This document shows, piece by piece, positions 14,428 through 25,739 of a stretch of 64,000 nucleotides of DNA; the stretch's first letter is position 1; each line of letters begins with the position of its first letter. Origin of the DNA: Balanoglossus misakiensis (taxonomy: Eukaryota; Animalia; Hemichordata); NCBI GenBank assembly GCA_040954595.2, contig CM082589.2, forward strand, positions 8,254,232-8,318,231, written 5' to 3'. The notes under the pieces were generated by a model. That model saw only the letters and a list, made by a program, of their open reading frames with translations. It had not been told where the DNA came from and searched no databases. The translations under genes were made by a program, and so were the position numbers.

Positions 14428-15629
14428 GAAATGCGAGAGGCACCAACCATACAATTTGTTTGGGAACAAGATCTCCATCCATTCTCCGGTCAACATAATC
14501 GACTATTTTTGCTGTCAAAATTACTGCTTAATAAAACCAGTGCTTACATCGTCACATTTAGGCCTATAGGTCTGGAAAGCAGGCTGTACGTTTCTCCGAA
14601 CCAATTAATAAATTCAATACATGTCATTGGAGTGAAGGAGACCTCGTACGACTAAAAGTACTTTAATACACTCGAAATGCACTCAAATTACAATATATTA
14701 GGCCAAAGTAAGTAAATTCTTTGTTTTGCGTCCACTCAAAATTCTAAAAGGTACGAGGGTAAGCGGTCAAAAAACACACACAAAAAAATAACACAAAATT
14801 AGTTTGCCTTTATTTCAGAGTTTTTCTCGTGCAATATGCACATTTATGTAGTAGTGTGACACACTACTACAATATGATCAAAATACAATGTCATTTGTAG
14901 CCTTTAATCTGTCATTTGCTTTTCTTTTACGAGTTTAAGATTTCTTATTTGTGTGCTGAATGTGGCCACTGTCTCTACAAGTTCTGCAGACTGGCTGGAT
15001 AGACTGGTACTGTTCCCTCATATCCGGTGTAATAGGGATGAGATGATTCCTGACCCACAAACATATCAAACATCAGGACTATTCAATCTGGCACTGTAGT
15101 AATGTGGAGAAACTTCCATCTGCCAAGTTTGGTTGATCACGATGAAACATTTCTGTGAAGAAATGTTTTTGAAAATTCTGTAAACAAAATACGAAAACAT
15201 GCTTGAGTATAGTGATAACATCTCACTACGAAGTATGATGCATATGCCAACCCATGAGATGATAATGATAATATGACTGTATTGCAAAAAAACACAAATG
15301 TTCTACATTCACTGAACTTCACAGTCCCACCACCTATTTTTACTGATCTACCACCATAGAATTTTCTTTTGCTTACCCCCCCCCCCTTTAAATGCTCCCT
15401 TTCTCTAGTACCATTTCACTGACAGAACGATTTGTAATGCTCACCATCATCTGGTGGACCTAGATCTAAAAATCACAAATGAAATGAATTTTAAATATCA
15501 AATATTTGAAAATAAAATGTGACAAATATAACTGTTTCACACTTTATGAATATATTTAAAAACTGTCCAGGAAAACATCTAACAAAATCAAAAAAACATG
15601 TGACTGGATTTAAAAGACAGAAATCAAAC

Positions 15630-15960
15630 CACAAGGGGCTCTCCCTCCGCGATTTTGTTTGTTTGTTTGTTGTTGTTATTGATTGGCATAATAAATAAAT
15701 ATGGTCACGTTTGTCTGTTGACATGTTAGGTATAATATTCAACGGTCAGGGTTAGGGTCACGGTGTATTCAACGGTCAGGTGGGAGTGCCATGGATCGAA
15801 AAAATGCCAACACTTACTCTAACCGTTGAATACATGTACACCCTAACCCTGACCGTTGAATACTAGTATACCTTACATGTCAACAAACAAACATGACCAT
15901 ATTTATTTATTATGCCAATCAATAACAACAAACAAAATCGCGGAGGGAGAGCCCCCTGTG
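15630..15960. mobile_element. MITE, P-element-like termini
   Basis: ~100-bp TIRs CACAAGGGGCTCTCCCTCCGCG / CGCGGAGGGAGAGCCCCCTGTG. A perfect 7-bp TSD ATCAAAC flanks both ends. Confidence 0.85.
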
Positions 15961-16789
15961 ATCAAACAGCAACAAAGATTATTGTGTTCTGGCTTGACTA
16001 TAAAAGTTTTCTCTACTAAGATAAATTAGTTACCTGGGTATGGGGCCGCACAAAAGGTGAAAAACATCCTTTGGTAGACGAGGTGGTGATGATCGGCGAC
16101 TGAAACACTGTCTGGCCGGCTTTATGGTACATTCACCATGGCTTCCAGTAGCCGTGCAAAGTTTTGCGCGTCGGTCACTTCCATCCTGAACTAGTCAAGG
16201 ATAGTTTTATCTTTTTCCGTAACCTTTAGGACGACTTATTCGTTGGCTTCATTCATGTTAAATCACGGGGATCCCTGGCTTTCCCAGCAGACAGAGGAGA
16301 TGCGCGGCGACAGGACGCGTGCAGCCTGCATCGTGTGTTGACAGACTTCAACTACGAGCATGCGCAGTTGCTGTAGGGCGTACCGTTTTACGTCACACCA
16401 TGATTAGAATAGGACTGCCGTAAAGTGGCATTTGTCGAAATGCAATTTTTTTCGACAAAATACCGCCGTGGATTGGAAATTTATGCAAATGAGTTTTGTG
16501 TTATTTTTCTCAAAAAAGCCCGAAAACCTACGCGCGCGCGGACGCAAAACAAAGAATTTACTTACTTTGGCCTTACATTTATATATGCTTCAAAAAGTAA
16601 ATTAATGAATGGTGCCAGCAAAATAAACGTTCATGATACGTTTAGATCATTTTGTCGTCCAGCTAGGGGGTTTAACGTCAAAGGAAAGTTCACTATTCAA
16701 ATGCAAATAAAGTCATTAAAGAGTCCTCATCTCTTCTCTTCAGTCATTGTTACAGTATTTGAGTATCATTAATCATTGAAAAGATACCA

Positions 16790-17035
16790 ATAAACGATAA
16801 ACCATAAACCCTCGGAGGTCTATGGATTAGGTGACAGGTACCCACTGGTATGGTGTATGTCTGGGCATGTTTTAATTAACCTTGCATACACTAAATAGTC
16901 AGGTTGCTCAGACAGAAATAGCTTACTGCGTCTGTTATCTGAAATGTGTTCATGAATCTATTATATGTGGACAATATTAATAAGAGAGCCAAATTCCTGA
17001 CAATAATAAGCTGACCGGGGACTACTCGTATGGTG
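16790..17035. repeat. Diverged copy of the element that forms the fold-back in the 2.68-kb unit
   Basis: Matches 6590-6790 directly and 7110-7385 in inverted orientation (actggtatggtg..ttaaccttgca..gtcaggttgctcagacaga). Confidence 0.8.
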
Positions 17036-17346
17036 CTTGCCTGGACATGTGTAATCTCCCATAAAACAGAACTAACATTCAAAATTTCGATGACTCGCAA
17101 AAGAAATTCTCATTAATTTTCCGTTTGTTTTTAAATAAATCTAAATGAAACCTTTATTCCTTCAAAAGTTTGCACTCCTATTAAATGGCCGCCATGCAAA
17201 AATTTGTGATCCAGGATAGTTTCATAAACCCAAAGCTATCTTAACTGCCTTGATTATTCTAAAAAAAAATATAAACTTTAGCTTCTGTGGATCAGAACAT
17301 TATTTTAATCGTATAATTCGTGACTAGTAATTGCTTGCACAAAAGA

Positions 17347-17347
17347 T

Positions 17348-17433
<86 letters not shown>
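17347..17433. repeat. (TTTA)n microsatellite
   Basis: Visible directly in the sequence. Confidence 0.97.
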
Positions 17434-17434
<1 letters not shown>

Positions 17435-17739
17435 GATCAGCAAAAAGCAATATGCAAGCACTACAAAACATCTACTAATGACACAGAATTACATTTGGAA
17501 ACAACAATTTATAAGACTTTATTAAACAACAATAATGTATACGAGTTAAAGTGTTTCAAAGAGAAACCTCCTTTTAGCTATGGATTCTATTCCTGTGAGA
17601 ATTTGCAGTATCGAAAATGTTTCCCCGACATAGCCAACAAAGCTTTTACCACAACAATCTTAAAAACACTATTCTGACAGCAAAAATGTCATAGATTACA
17701 ACAAAACAAAGACAAGATATTCTTTTTGTCACGAAAGTC

Positions 17740-19340
17740 GACTTGATTGTCAATACTATACACAGCGATAAAACCGGTGGAAAACTAGATACCGGAAGGG
17801 GTGATATTGTTAATTGCAGTAAAGAAATTGTAGGTGCGTGTGAAGACTTTTAGGAGGAGCTTTACTCAGAAAGAAAATTTGACAATCAAAGTGCCGATTT
17901 TTTTCTGTCAAATGAAAACGTCCCCTGTATATCAGAATTAGAGAGAGCCTCTTGTGAAGGACGAATTACTTTACTGGAATGTCAAAAGGTGTTGTCAACT
18001 TTTAAGTCGGGGAAATCTCCAGGAAATGATGGGTTAACGAACGAGTTTTACCGTAAATTTTGGAATATTAGTCGCCATTTTTTGTCAATGTTGCAAACTG
18101 TGCTTATGATAAAGGTTACATGAGTGAGACTCAGAAACAGAGTATCATTATACTTTTGGAGAAAAAAAACGCGGATCGTTCTAAACTCAAGAACTGGCGT
18201 CCCATCTCCTAAATAAATGTTGACAGCAAAATTGTTTCAAAAGTCATTGCATTTCGAGTTAAGAACTGTTTGCCCTCCATCACAAGTTCTTCTCAAACAG
18301 GTTATGTAAAAAAACAGCTATATTGGGGAAGCTATTCGGCTGATTGCTGACATAATGCACTATACAAAGGAAAGAAATATACCCGGTATTCTTTTATTGG
18401 TTGATTTTCAGAAAGCATTTGACCCCTTCAATTGGGAATTTGTGTTGAAATGTTAAGAGAAAATTGGTTTTGGTCCTTCATTGAGACGCTGGTTTACTGT
18501 GCTTTATGCTGATATTACAAAAAAATGTAAGAGTTGTGTTATTAATAATGGTTTCACCTCGAGATATTTTGATATAAAACGAGGGGTCCGTCAAGGACTC
18601 CCTCTTTCACCATATCTTTTTTTATCATACAGGGTTTTAACGTTTCAAGTGATGAAATTAAGATTGTTCAATTTGCATACGATACCACTGCTTTTTTACA
18701 AAATGAAGATTCTTTTGCCACTTTTATGGCTGTCATGGATAAATTTACACAATGCTCAGGTCTCTGTGTGAACAGAGACAAGACATTTGTTTTCTGGTTG
18801 GACAAAGATAGACACAGAACAGACAGTCCCATTGGTTTAAAAGTTACAAAGATTTTTGTGTGTATTTTTCCTACAATATCTCAGAAGCGAATAAGCTGAA
18901 CTTTTATGATAAATTCAGAAGTGTCAAACAAACACTTGCAATGTGGAGAGGTAGAAACCTCACTCTTATATAGGAAAAATTACAATTTTGAATACTCCCA
19001 TTATTCCAACATTTGTATATCAGGTTTCCCTCCTGCATCTCCCCGAGCATTTTCTCTCGAAATTGCATAGCATTCTAAATGAGTTTCCCTGGAGTGGTAA
19101 AAAACCTAAGCGGAACGACCATACAATGTGCTCTCTCTGGAAAGATGGGGGTTTTGATCTTACTCACCTGTTGTCCTGGTCTCAGGCCAATAAATTGACT
19201 TGGATCAGACGCTTTCATGTTACAAAGGGACAATGGAAATTGATCCCTTTATATTATCTTCGGAAGAAGGGAGGGACACTTCTGTTGTTTGTAATTATGA
19301 TATGCAAACTATTCCATCAAATTTGCCCTTGTTTTACAAA
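17740..19340 (+). mobile_element. Decayed L1/Tx1-clade LINE ORF2 (reverse transcriptase)
   Basis: Motifs KSPGNDGLTNEFYRKFW, KNWRPISLINVDSKIVSKVIA, LLVDFQKAFD, INNGFTSRYFDIKRGVRQG.PLSPYLF and QFAYDTT, broken by stops and frameshifts. Confidence 0.92.
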
Positions 19341-19742
19341 TATATTGGGTAAAACACTGTCTCAAAGTGACATAAACGCAATTGCCTTTGATAAGTCTGC
19401 CCACATTTCCGTAATCATCGTCCGATTTAACTTTCAGCGTGAATTCCTTCTTCTGAACGGGCTTGATCAGACTCGTCCATTTCACCAGTGCGTCTCAACC
19501 AAGTATCGTCGTTTGGCATTTTCGATAAAATTTCTTGTGTGTGTCCTTTAATAGTCATCACTTCTTTGTAAATTTTGTCTTGTTTCTCTGGAGAAAAGTG
19601 GGAAGAGAATGTAAAAGATCAGATAACAACAAAGTGATAGATATTTTTCGTATATGATGAAGATATTTTGTACGAGTATACAGCCCTTGTATTACAGCAT
19701 CTTTCAATACAGCGTGGAGTTTAATTTGTTATTATACAACAG

Positions 19743-19960
19743 TTAAGGTGTTGTACCTGTTATTGCATTATGACGTTTCCTTGTGGAAAACAATATAAAC
19801 TTTGATAAATTTTGTATAATGGAATCATTTTCAGATGGTAAAAGTTTGACAAATTTATCAATGGACGGTAATGTATAGTATTGTTTTGGAATATACTTGG
19901 CTCTCAGATCTATAATCTCAGATGTATAAAATGGACATATCAAGGAAAAATGAAATTCAT
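19743..19960 (-). mobile_element. 3' fragment of a non-LTR retrotransposon ORF2
   Basis: ICPFY..DLRAKYIPKQYYTLPSIDKFVKLL resembles the C-terminus that follows the zinc knuckle in CR1/L2/RTEX-group LINEs. Confidence 0.55.
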
Positions 19961-19994
19961 CTTCTATATTATTTGTGTTACAATAGAGACAAAT

Positions 19995-20128
19995 CCGCCC
20001 TGACCATTAACATTTGTTTATGGGCGCGGGCTCGAGGAAAGCCCAAATTCATGGGCTCGGAAGCCTCGCCCGTGAATTTTTGGCTTTCCCCTCGCCCTTT
20101 CCCATAAACAAACCTCAATGGTCAGGGC
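19995..20128. mobile_element. Short hairpin MITE
   Basis: cgccctgaccatt..tttgtttatggg..cgaggaaagcc is mirrored by ggctttcccctcg..cccataaacaaa..aatggtcagggcg. Confidence 0.55.
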
Positions 20129-20172
20129 GTCGTCCATTATTTCTATAATAGCCAGGACTTTATCATAAGACA

Positions 20173-20396
20173 TAGACTTGCTCCAAGTCTATGAGCTTCA
20201 TTATGTGTAGGGAACGCGACGATACCCGAAACCACAAGCTTAGTCCCAAATTCGAAACTCACCTCACTACCAAAAACACGCTCAAGGCAAGCATGCACGC
20301 AAAAAGTATTGCAATTATTTATTAAGACAAAAAAACACCGAAAACACAAAAAGTATTGAAATTTAAAAATCACCAAGCGACTAGTGGGCTAGTCTA
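20173..20396. mobile_element. Dispersed MITE with TAGACT...AGTCTA ends (Academ-like), copy 1
   Basis: A close inverted copy lies at 61599-61803. TAG...CTA termini. Confidence 0.7.
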
Positions 20397-20964
20397 CATA
20401 AGACATGACAGCAAACTTGAATATTTCTACGAGGATATCTTCGGAAAGAAACATACAATCGCGGACAGCGAGATGGCCCACTAATAACTATTTCTTCAGA
20501 AACAGTCGGACACTGTGAAGGAAAGTATGACTGGTTTGACTCTGTCCTATATACGCGTGCACAAAATTATGGGTAAACATATAGTTTATACTCCTGTGAT
20601 AAGCCACCGTTTACACGAGCGTTCAAGACTCCCGCCCAGCACATTTGTATATCCTACACCACCTATTGTGTGCCCACGGCCAATTTGTTATCGTGTTCTG
20701 ATATCAATTTAAGATAAGGAGTGAACGTGATTAATTTGTTGGAGAATTTCTGTTGTGTTAGTCGGCAACTCTCTTTTAAATGCTCCAAATTTGCAACAGC
20801 TGTTGCAACTTTTGAGCATTTGAGAGAGAGGTCTCAACACACGCTGAAAATGCCGCCTGAATGCCAACACAAAGTAGTTTTAACATGACACATAAATACG
20901 TTTTATGAGCTACAACTAAATTTTCTGCACATGTACTACGTGAGGTCACCGTGGTGAGGTGAAA

Positions 20965-21599
20965 CACGGGCGTCATGGAACAATAAAGTGTATAGATACA
21001 TGTATTAATAAACTTAGCATAAACGCGACGTCCTCAACGAACAAAGAATAAAATATTTCGTGGGTTTGTTTGGTGTGGATGAGAACTGCAATAAAGCTGC
21101 GTCAGTGTTAACTTTATGTGCAAAACCACACCGTACGCGTACCTCTATAGGGGATAGGCATGCGTGCGCGCCCGCAACTGATCTGCCCTGTGTGATTAGC
21201 GTCGCGTCCACAGGACGTTCTATACGTAACACAGACGCGCATTTCATTTTCAGTATCACACAATCTTGGAGCAAGACTAGCTGTGTACGTGAGGTACACA
21301 TATATACACTGTATACGGGCGCGTCTGTCTTGGCTAGCAACAGAGTCGTAACGATCGTCTGCCGCGCGCTGGGCCGGGCGCGTGCGCGGGTGCAATTTGT
21401 AGATTGCGCCATCACTTCCGCGTTCCGCGGCGCTATCGCTAGTGCGTTCACTCGCATATTTTGCAAGTCCAGCTGTAGCTAGGCCGTTCGTGAGTGTAGT
21501 TCTCGTTCACACCAAAAAAAACAAACACTTATTTTATTGTGTGTTCGTTTAGGCCTATGCTAAGTTATCCATACACTTTATTGTTCCATGACGCCCGTG
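20965..21599. mobile_element. MITE, P-element-like termini
   Basis: TIR CACGGGCGTCATGGAACAATAAAGTGTAT at both ends. 7-bp TSD ggtgaaa / cgtgaaa with one mismatch. Confidence 0.85.
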
Positions 21600-21996
21600 C
21601 GTGAAATTCAGTGACAACATCATGGGAATCGTATTCAAAAGACCCAAGATCCTTATTTTCCCAGACATCATTATCAAAATGATACCATTCTTCTGGAAGA
21701 CGCCGCTGGAATATTTGAAAATGTTAGACAACTAAATGTAAATGTATCTTTACAATGGTGTCGAAAACATCATAAACACGTACATATCCAACACATCCAT
21801 CATAGTTTCCAAACATTATACGCATTTTTGTTATGAAAGGCCATGTTTTGGTTAGGGTTGGGGAGGTTTTTTTTACGTCGAACAAGAAAAATAAGCCTCC
21901 CGACTTTGCAACGAGGCAAATAAAATTAATATGCTGCATGATTAATGCTTGAAAACCACGATGAGATGTGTTTCTGACAGCTGAGTTCATACATAC

Positions 21997-22336
21997 CTGA
22001 CAGCACTTCGTATGTACATGTACTTAGGTTTTCCGAAATATCAATTTTTCGTTTTTTCGACCTTGTTCTATTCTGGTATGCTTCAATTTCTGCGCACATT
22101 GGTTTCTTATTTAACAACTCGAATGCATCTTTTAGTAATATAAGTGTTTCATCATCTCCTTCCTGTTGTTGCAGATATCTGAATACGGCAAGACCCATAT
22201 CAAGAGAATCGAAGTCCCTCAGTTGTATCCGTTCCTTTAAAATTTCTTTCAGTCTTTGAAATTCGCTCGAAAGCAGGTTGCCGTCAAGAAGTGCAAATAG
22301 GTTTGTTAAATCAGAAATGCCTGTAGACTTACTCAT
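21997..22336 (-). CDS. Death-effector-domain exon (second DED gene, downstream exons uncertain)
   Basis: ATG at 22336: MSKSTGISDLTNLFALLDGNLLSSEFQRLKEILKERIQLRDFDSLDMGLAVFRYLQQQ..TLILLKDAFELLNKKPMCAEIEAYQ. This has the DED helix pattern and aligns with the NLR exon 1. It is followed by basic RSKKRK and a donor TCAG|gtatgt (phase 1). Confidence 0.72.
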
Positions 22337-22909
22337 ATTCCTTTGATTTCCACATAGTATATAGTAAGACGAAGATCCCTGTAGTAATAATGATATTTTG
22401 TCTGCCCGACGATAATCCTTCAAACTTATGCTGGTAAATTACACAAGGTTATAAGCAACTTGAACACAGGCTGTTGTTAATATCGGGAAATTTGATTTAT
22501 TAATAAACAATCCGCAGTAGACGATTGTGTGTGGAAATCGGTTGTGGGAACTACAATAGCCTGATCGAAACCAAACGAAACTTACGTCATTAACATACGC
22601 ACCAAGCGCGACCAATTATGGACAAACAATTCTTGAAATTCAAATCGTGTGTTATCTCACCAACAATCCTAATGGGAGATAGTATCGGGTGGTATTTTAG
22701 CAAACATTTGTTGCGACGGTAACATAGAATTGTTTGTACTTTAAGACAATGACACAATGTACTATTGGAAGAAACCCTTTTGAAAACGCCCCGCTAAGTA
22801 CCTTCAGCGGAGGACATTTGGCCGTTGCTAGAAAAATACCTGAAGTCGGTTAAAACGTATAGCTTAAGTACCCAGCATGCTATGCATTAATGATGAAGAG
22901 GCATATGAC

Positions 22910-22967
22910 ATTTTTAGCTCACCTGTGTACACACATGATCTAATGTCGCCGCCTTTCTTTCTTTCTT

Positions 22968-23000
<33 letters not shown>

Positions 23001-23125
23001 ATGTATGTATGTATGTATGTATGTATGTATGTATGTATGTATGTATGTATGTATGTATGTATGTATGTATGTATGTATGTATGTATGTATGTATGTATGT
23101 ATGTATGTATGTATGTATGTATGTA

Positions 23126-23170
<45 letters not shown>

Positions 23171-23640
23171 ATGTATGTATGTATGTATGTATGTATGTAT
23201 GTATGTATGTATGTATGTATGTATGTATGTATGTATGTATGTATGTATGTATGTATGTATGTATGTATGTATGTATATGTGTGTGTGTGTGTGTCTGTCT
23301 GTCTGTGTGCACGATATCCCAAGAACGGCTGAATGAATTCAAGTCAAATTTGGTACGCTGGTTTAGTTTCCAAATGACAAGGACTAATTAGTTTTTGGTG
23401 GGCGGGGTTTCCATATTAATGAAGTTAACAGGGTTTAAATTTTTCCGTTACATGATTCTCTATGGGAGGCAACATAATATCATTGTCATACACAGAGAAT
23501 TACTGCACCAAATTTGATGAAACCATCTACAGATAGCAATCTCACGAGGTACTATGTGTGTCATGTCAATTATGTGTCCATTTGCATAATTATTTAATGA
23601 CATTTTTTCTAATTAGTGCTGTATTTACTGCACCGATATT
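22910..23640 (+). mobile_element. Non-autonomous repeat with internal (TCTG)n/(TATG)n/(TG)n microsatellite (HINE/Helentron-MITE-like)
   Basis: Starts tttttagctc, microsatellite at 22955-23310, then gatatcccaagaacg..aaatttggt. A related layout occurs at ~51055-51165. Confidence 0.55.
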
Positions 23641-25517
23641 GATCTGACCAACATATGGCTGTGTTATGAGAATTTACACTGAAAATTGTCGCACCTGCAA
23701 CGACCCATCGACTGAGCCGTTGATTTTATTTATCGACGCACTCGACTGTTATCAGGCTGACTGAATGGGCATGTAACAGAATTTGCAACATTGTTGTGTT
23801 GAAGCAGACGCGGAGTCTCGGATTACATTACAGAGTGAATATACGACCGAGACACTTGATGAAATCAAAAGTTCAAGTTCTTAATTGTAGAAAATTACCC
23901 ACAGCGCCTGTCATTTTGTATAAATTACTAATCATGATATGATATGGTAGCGTAATATAGATTTCACCTGCTAGGTGATCATCAGTTGCATAATGATAGA
24001 TTGAAAAGGGTGAAGCAGCAAAAATGAATTCAGTTGTATGAACACTATGCTCCCAACCACACTAACCCTAACCGTAACCTTAAATCTTTCTGTTAAAATA
24101 CTTTGATGCATTTCCTTCTTCGTCTACACTTTTGAGAACCCCTTTCCAGCTTTCAATTTTGGATTGACCCCTCCCCCGTTAACTTCCCCGTCCCCAGGCC
24201 GTAAATAATGAAGTCTCCGGCGGGAGAGTACATGATTTCGGATCACATCGGATCGACTGTCTAAGTCTGTCGCAATAGTTGAACTATATACTAATTTTAT
24301 TCAGCGCACCCGTGCCCGCTACCTCCCCCCCCCCCCCCCCCCGTACTGGCAAGTTTTACTCCCTGTACTTATTACATTTTAGCACCCTACCACACTCGTA
24401 GATTTTCACAAAGTACAACCCATGCATTCAGCCGCACTGTACTGAAATGTGTATCCCTATAATATATGTGATGACATCCAGGCTGTTTATGTTTCAAAAT
24501 AGCAACAGGAATGTGACTTTAAGTTGTAGCCAGTTGTTCGGTGCAGCCTCCAGTGTGTACTTGTGATGACATCTAGCGCCCTCTCGTGGCAAAAGTAGTT
24601 AATTTCGGTAACTCGGAACTCACGAATTGTACCTGCTGTCCCATTGTATGTTCTTTGCCATGTGATGGCGCTCTTTAGCTCGTTCATTTTTTGGTGCAGA
24701 ATCGTCCATCCATCAACCTAAGAAGCCTGTGAATCGTAGTAGTTCCTGGTGATAATGAAGCAGTCAAGTGTCTCTCCTGTGCGGGCTGACCGAGGATAAG
24801 TTGATTGTTTCCCAGAACAAAAATGGATAAAGAGAGCGTTTCCCGGCAAAATGTCTAGGTCTCGAATGTCCTACCCTCCTTTCTTTACAAGGCTTTCCCT
24901 TCTCTTCTGTTCTGACTCGATTTGGGGCGTTGCATTCGCAGGTACATGTAATGGCATTGATACCTGTTGCCGATGGCTTCTGATTTTCTTCGTCGTCATT
25001 TTACTAAAACTGAAGTCGAACATAGCATGCATGCGAATTTAACTAGTTGGCTAATTCTAATATTTTAAGGAGGTTTATCTTGCATATGACGACATGAATT
25101 GGCATTTGTTTATGTTGTATGCTAATAAGGATGGGTTAACGTTCCATTCAGGTCATTAGTGTATATTAACAAATAGGCTATATGAACATAAAACATGCCA
25201 ACGTAATGTATGTTTGTTTTAATATTACTGCGTAAAGTCAAAAACTAATTTACACTCTTCTAATGGACGCCTAAATTCGTCAGCAGGGCTTTTCATTTTT
25301 AGAATGAAATGGTGGCTTCCCTTGAAGTCAATGGAATCACCAAGCAACGAATGGAATATGAGTGTGCTCGGGCATGCGCATGACTGAACAAAACAAATGA
25401 CCACAGGTAGTGCCAGTATTATTGCTGACGTGGCCCACACTGGTCAGTGTAAATCCTAACAGGTAAGATTGTTCAACAGTATGGTTGCATTGTGTCTGCC
25501 AGTGTATGTATGTATAC

Positions 25518-25739
<222 letters not shown>

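Noticed and set aside
21014-21482. 140-150 aa ORFs on both strands
   Set aside because: They lie in the GC-rich interior of a MITE and show no transposase motifs.
25225-25440. Signal-peptide-like ORF (WATSAIILALPVVICF..) as an eighth receptor
   Set aside because: GTG start just after a stop codon, no CRD cysteine pattern, and no TM exon found downstream.
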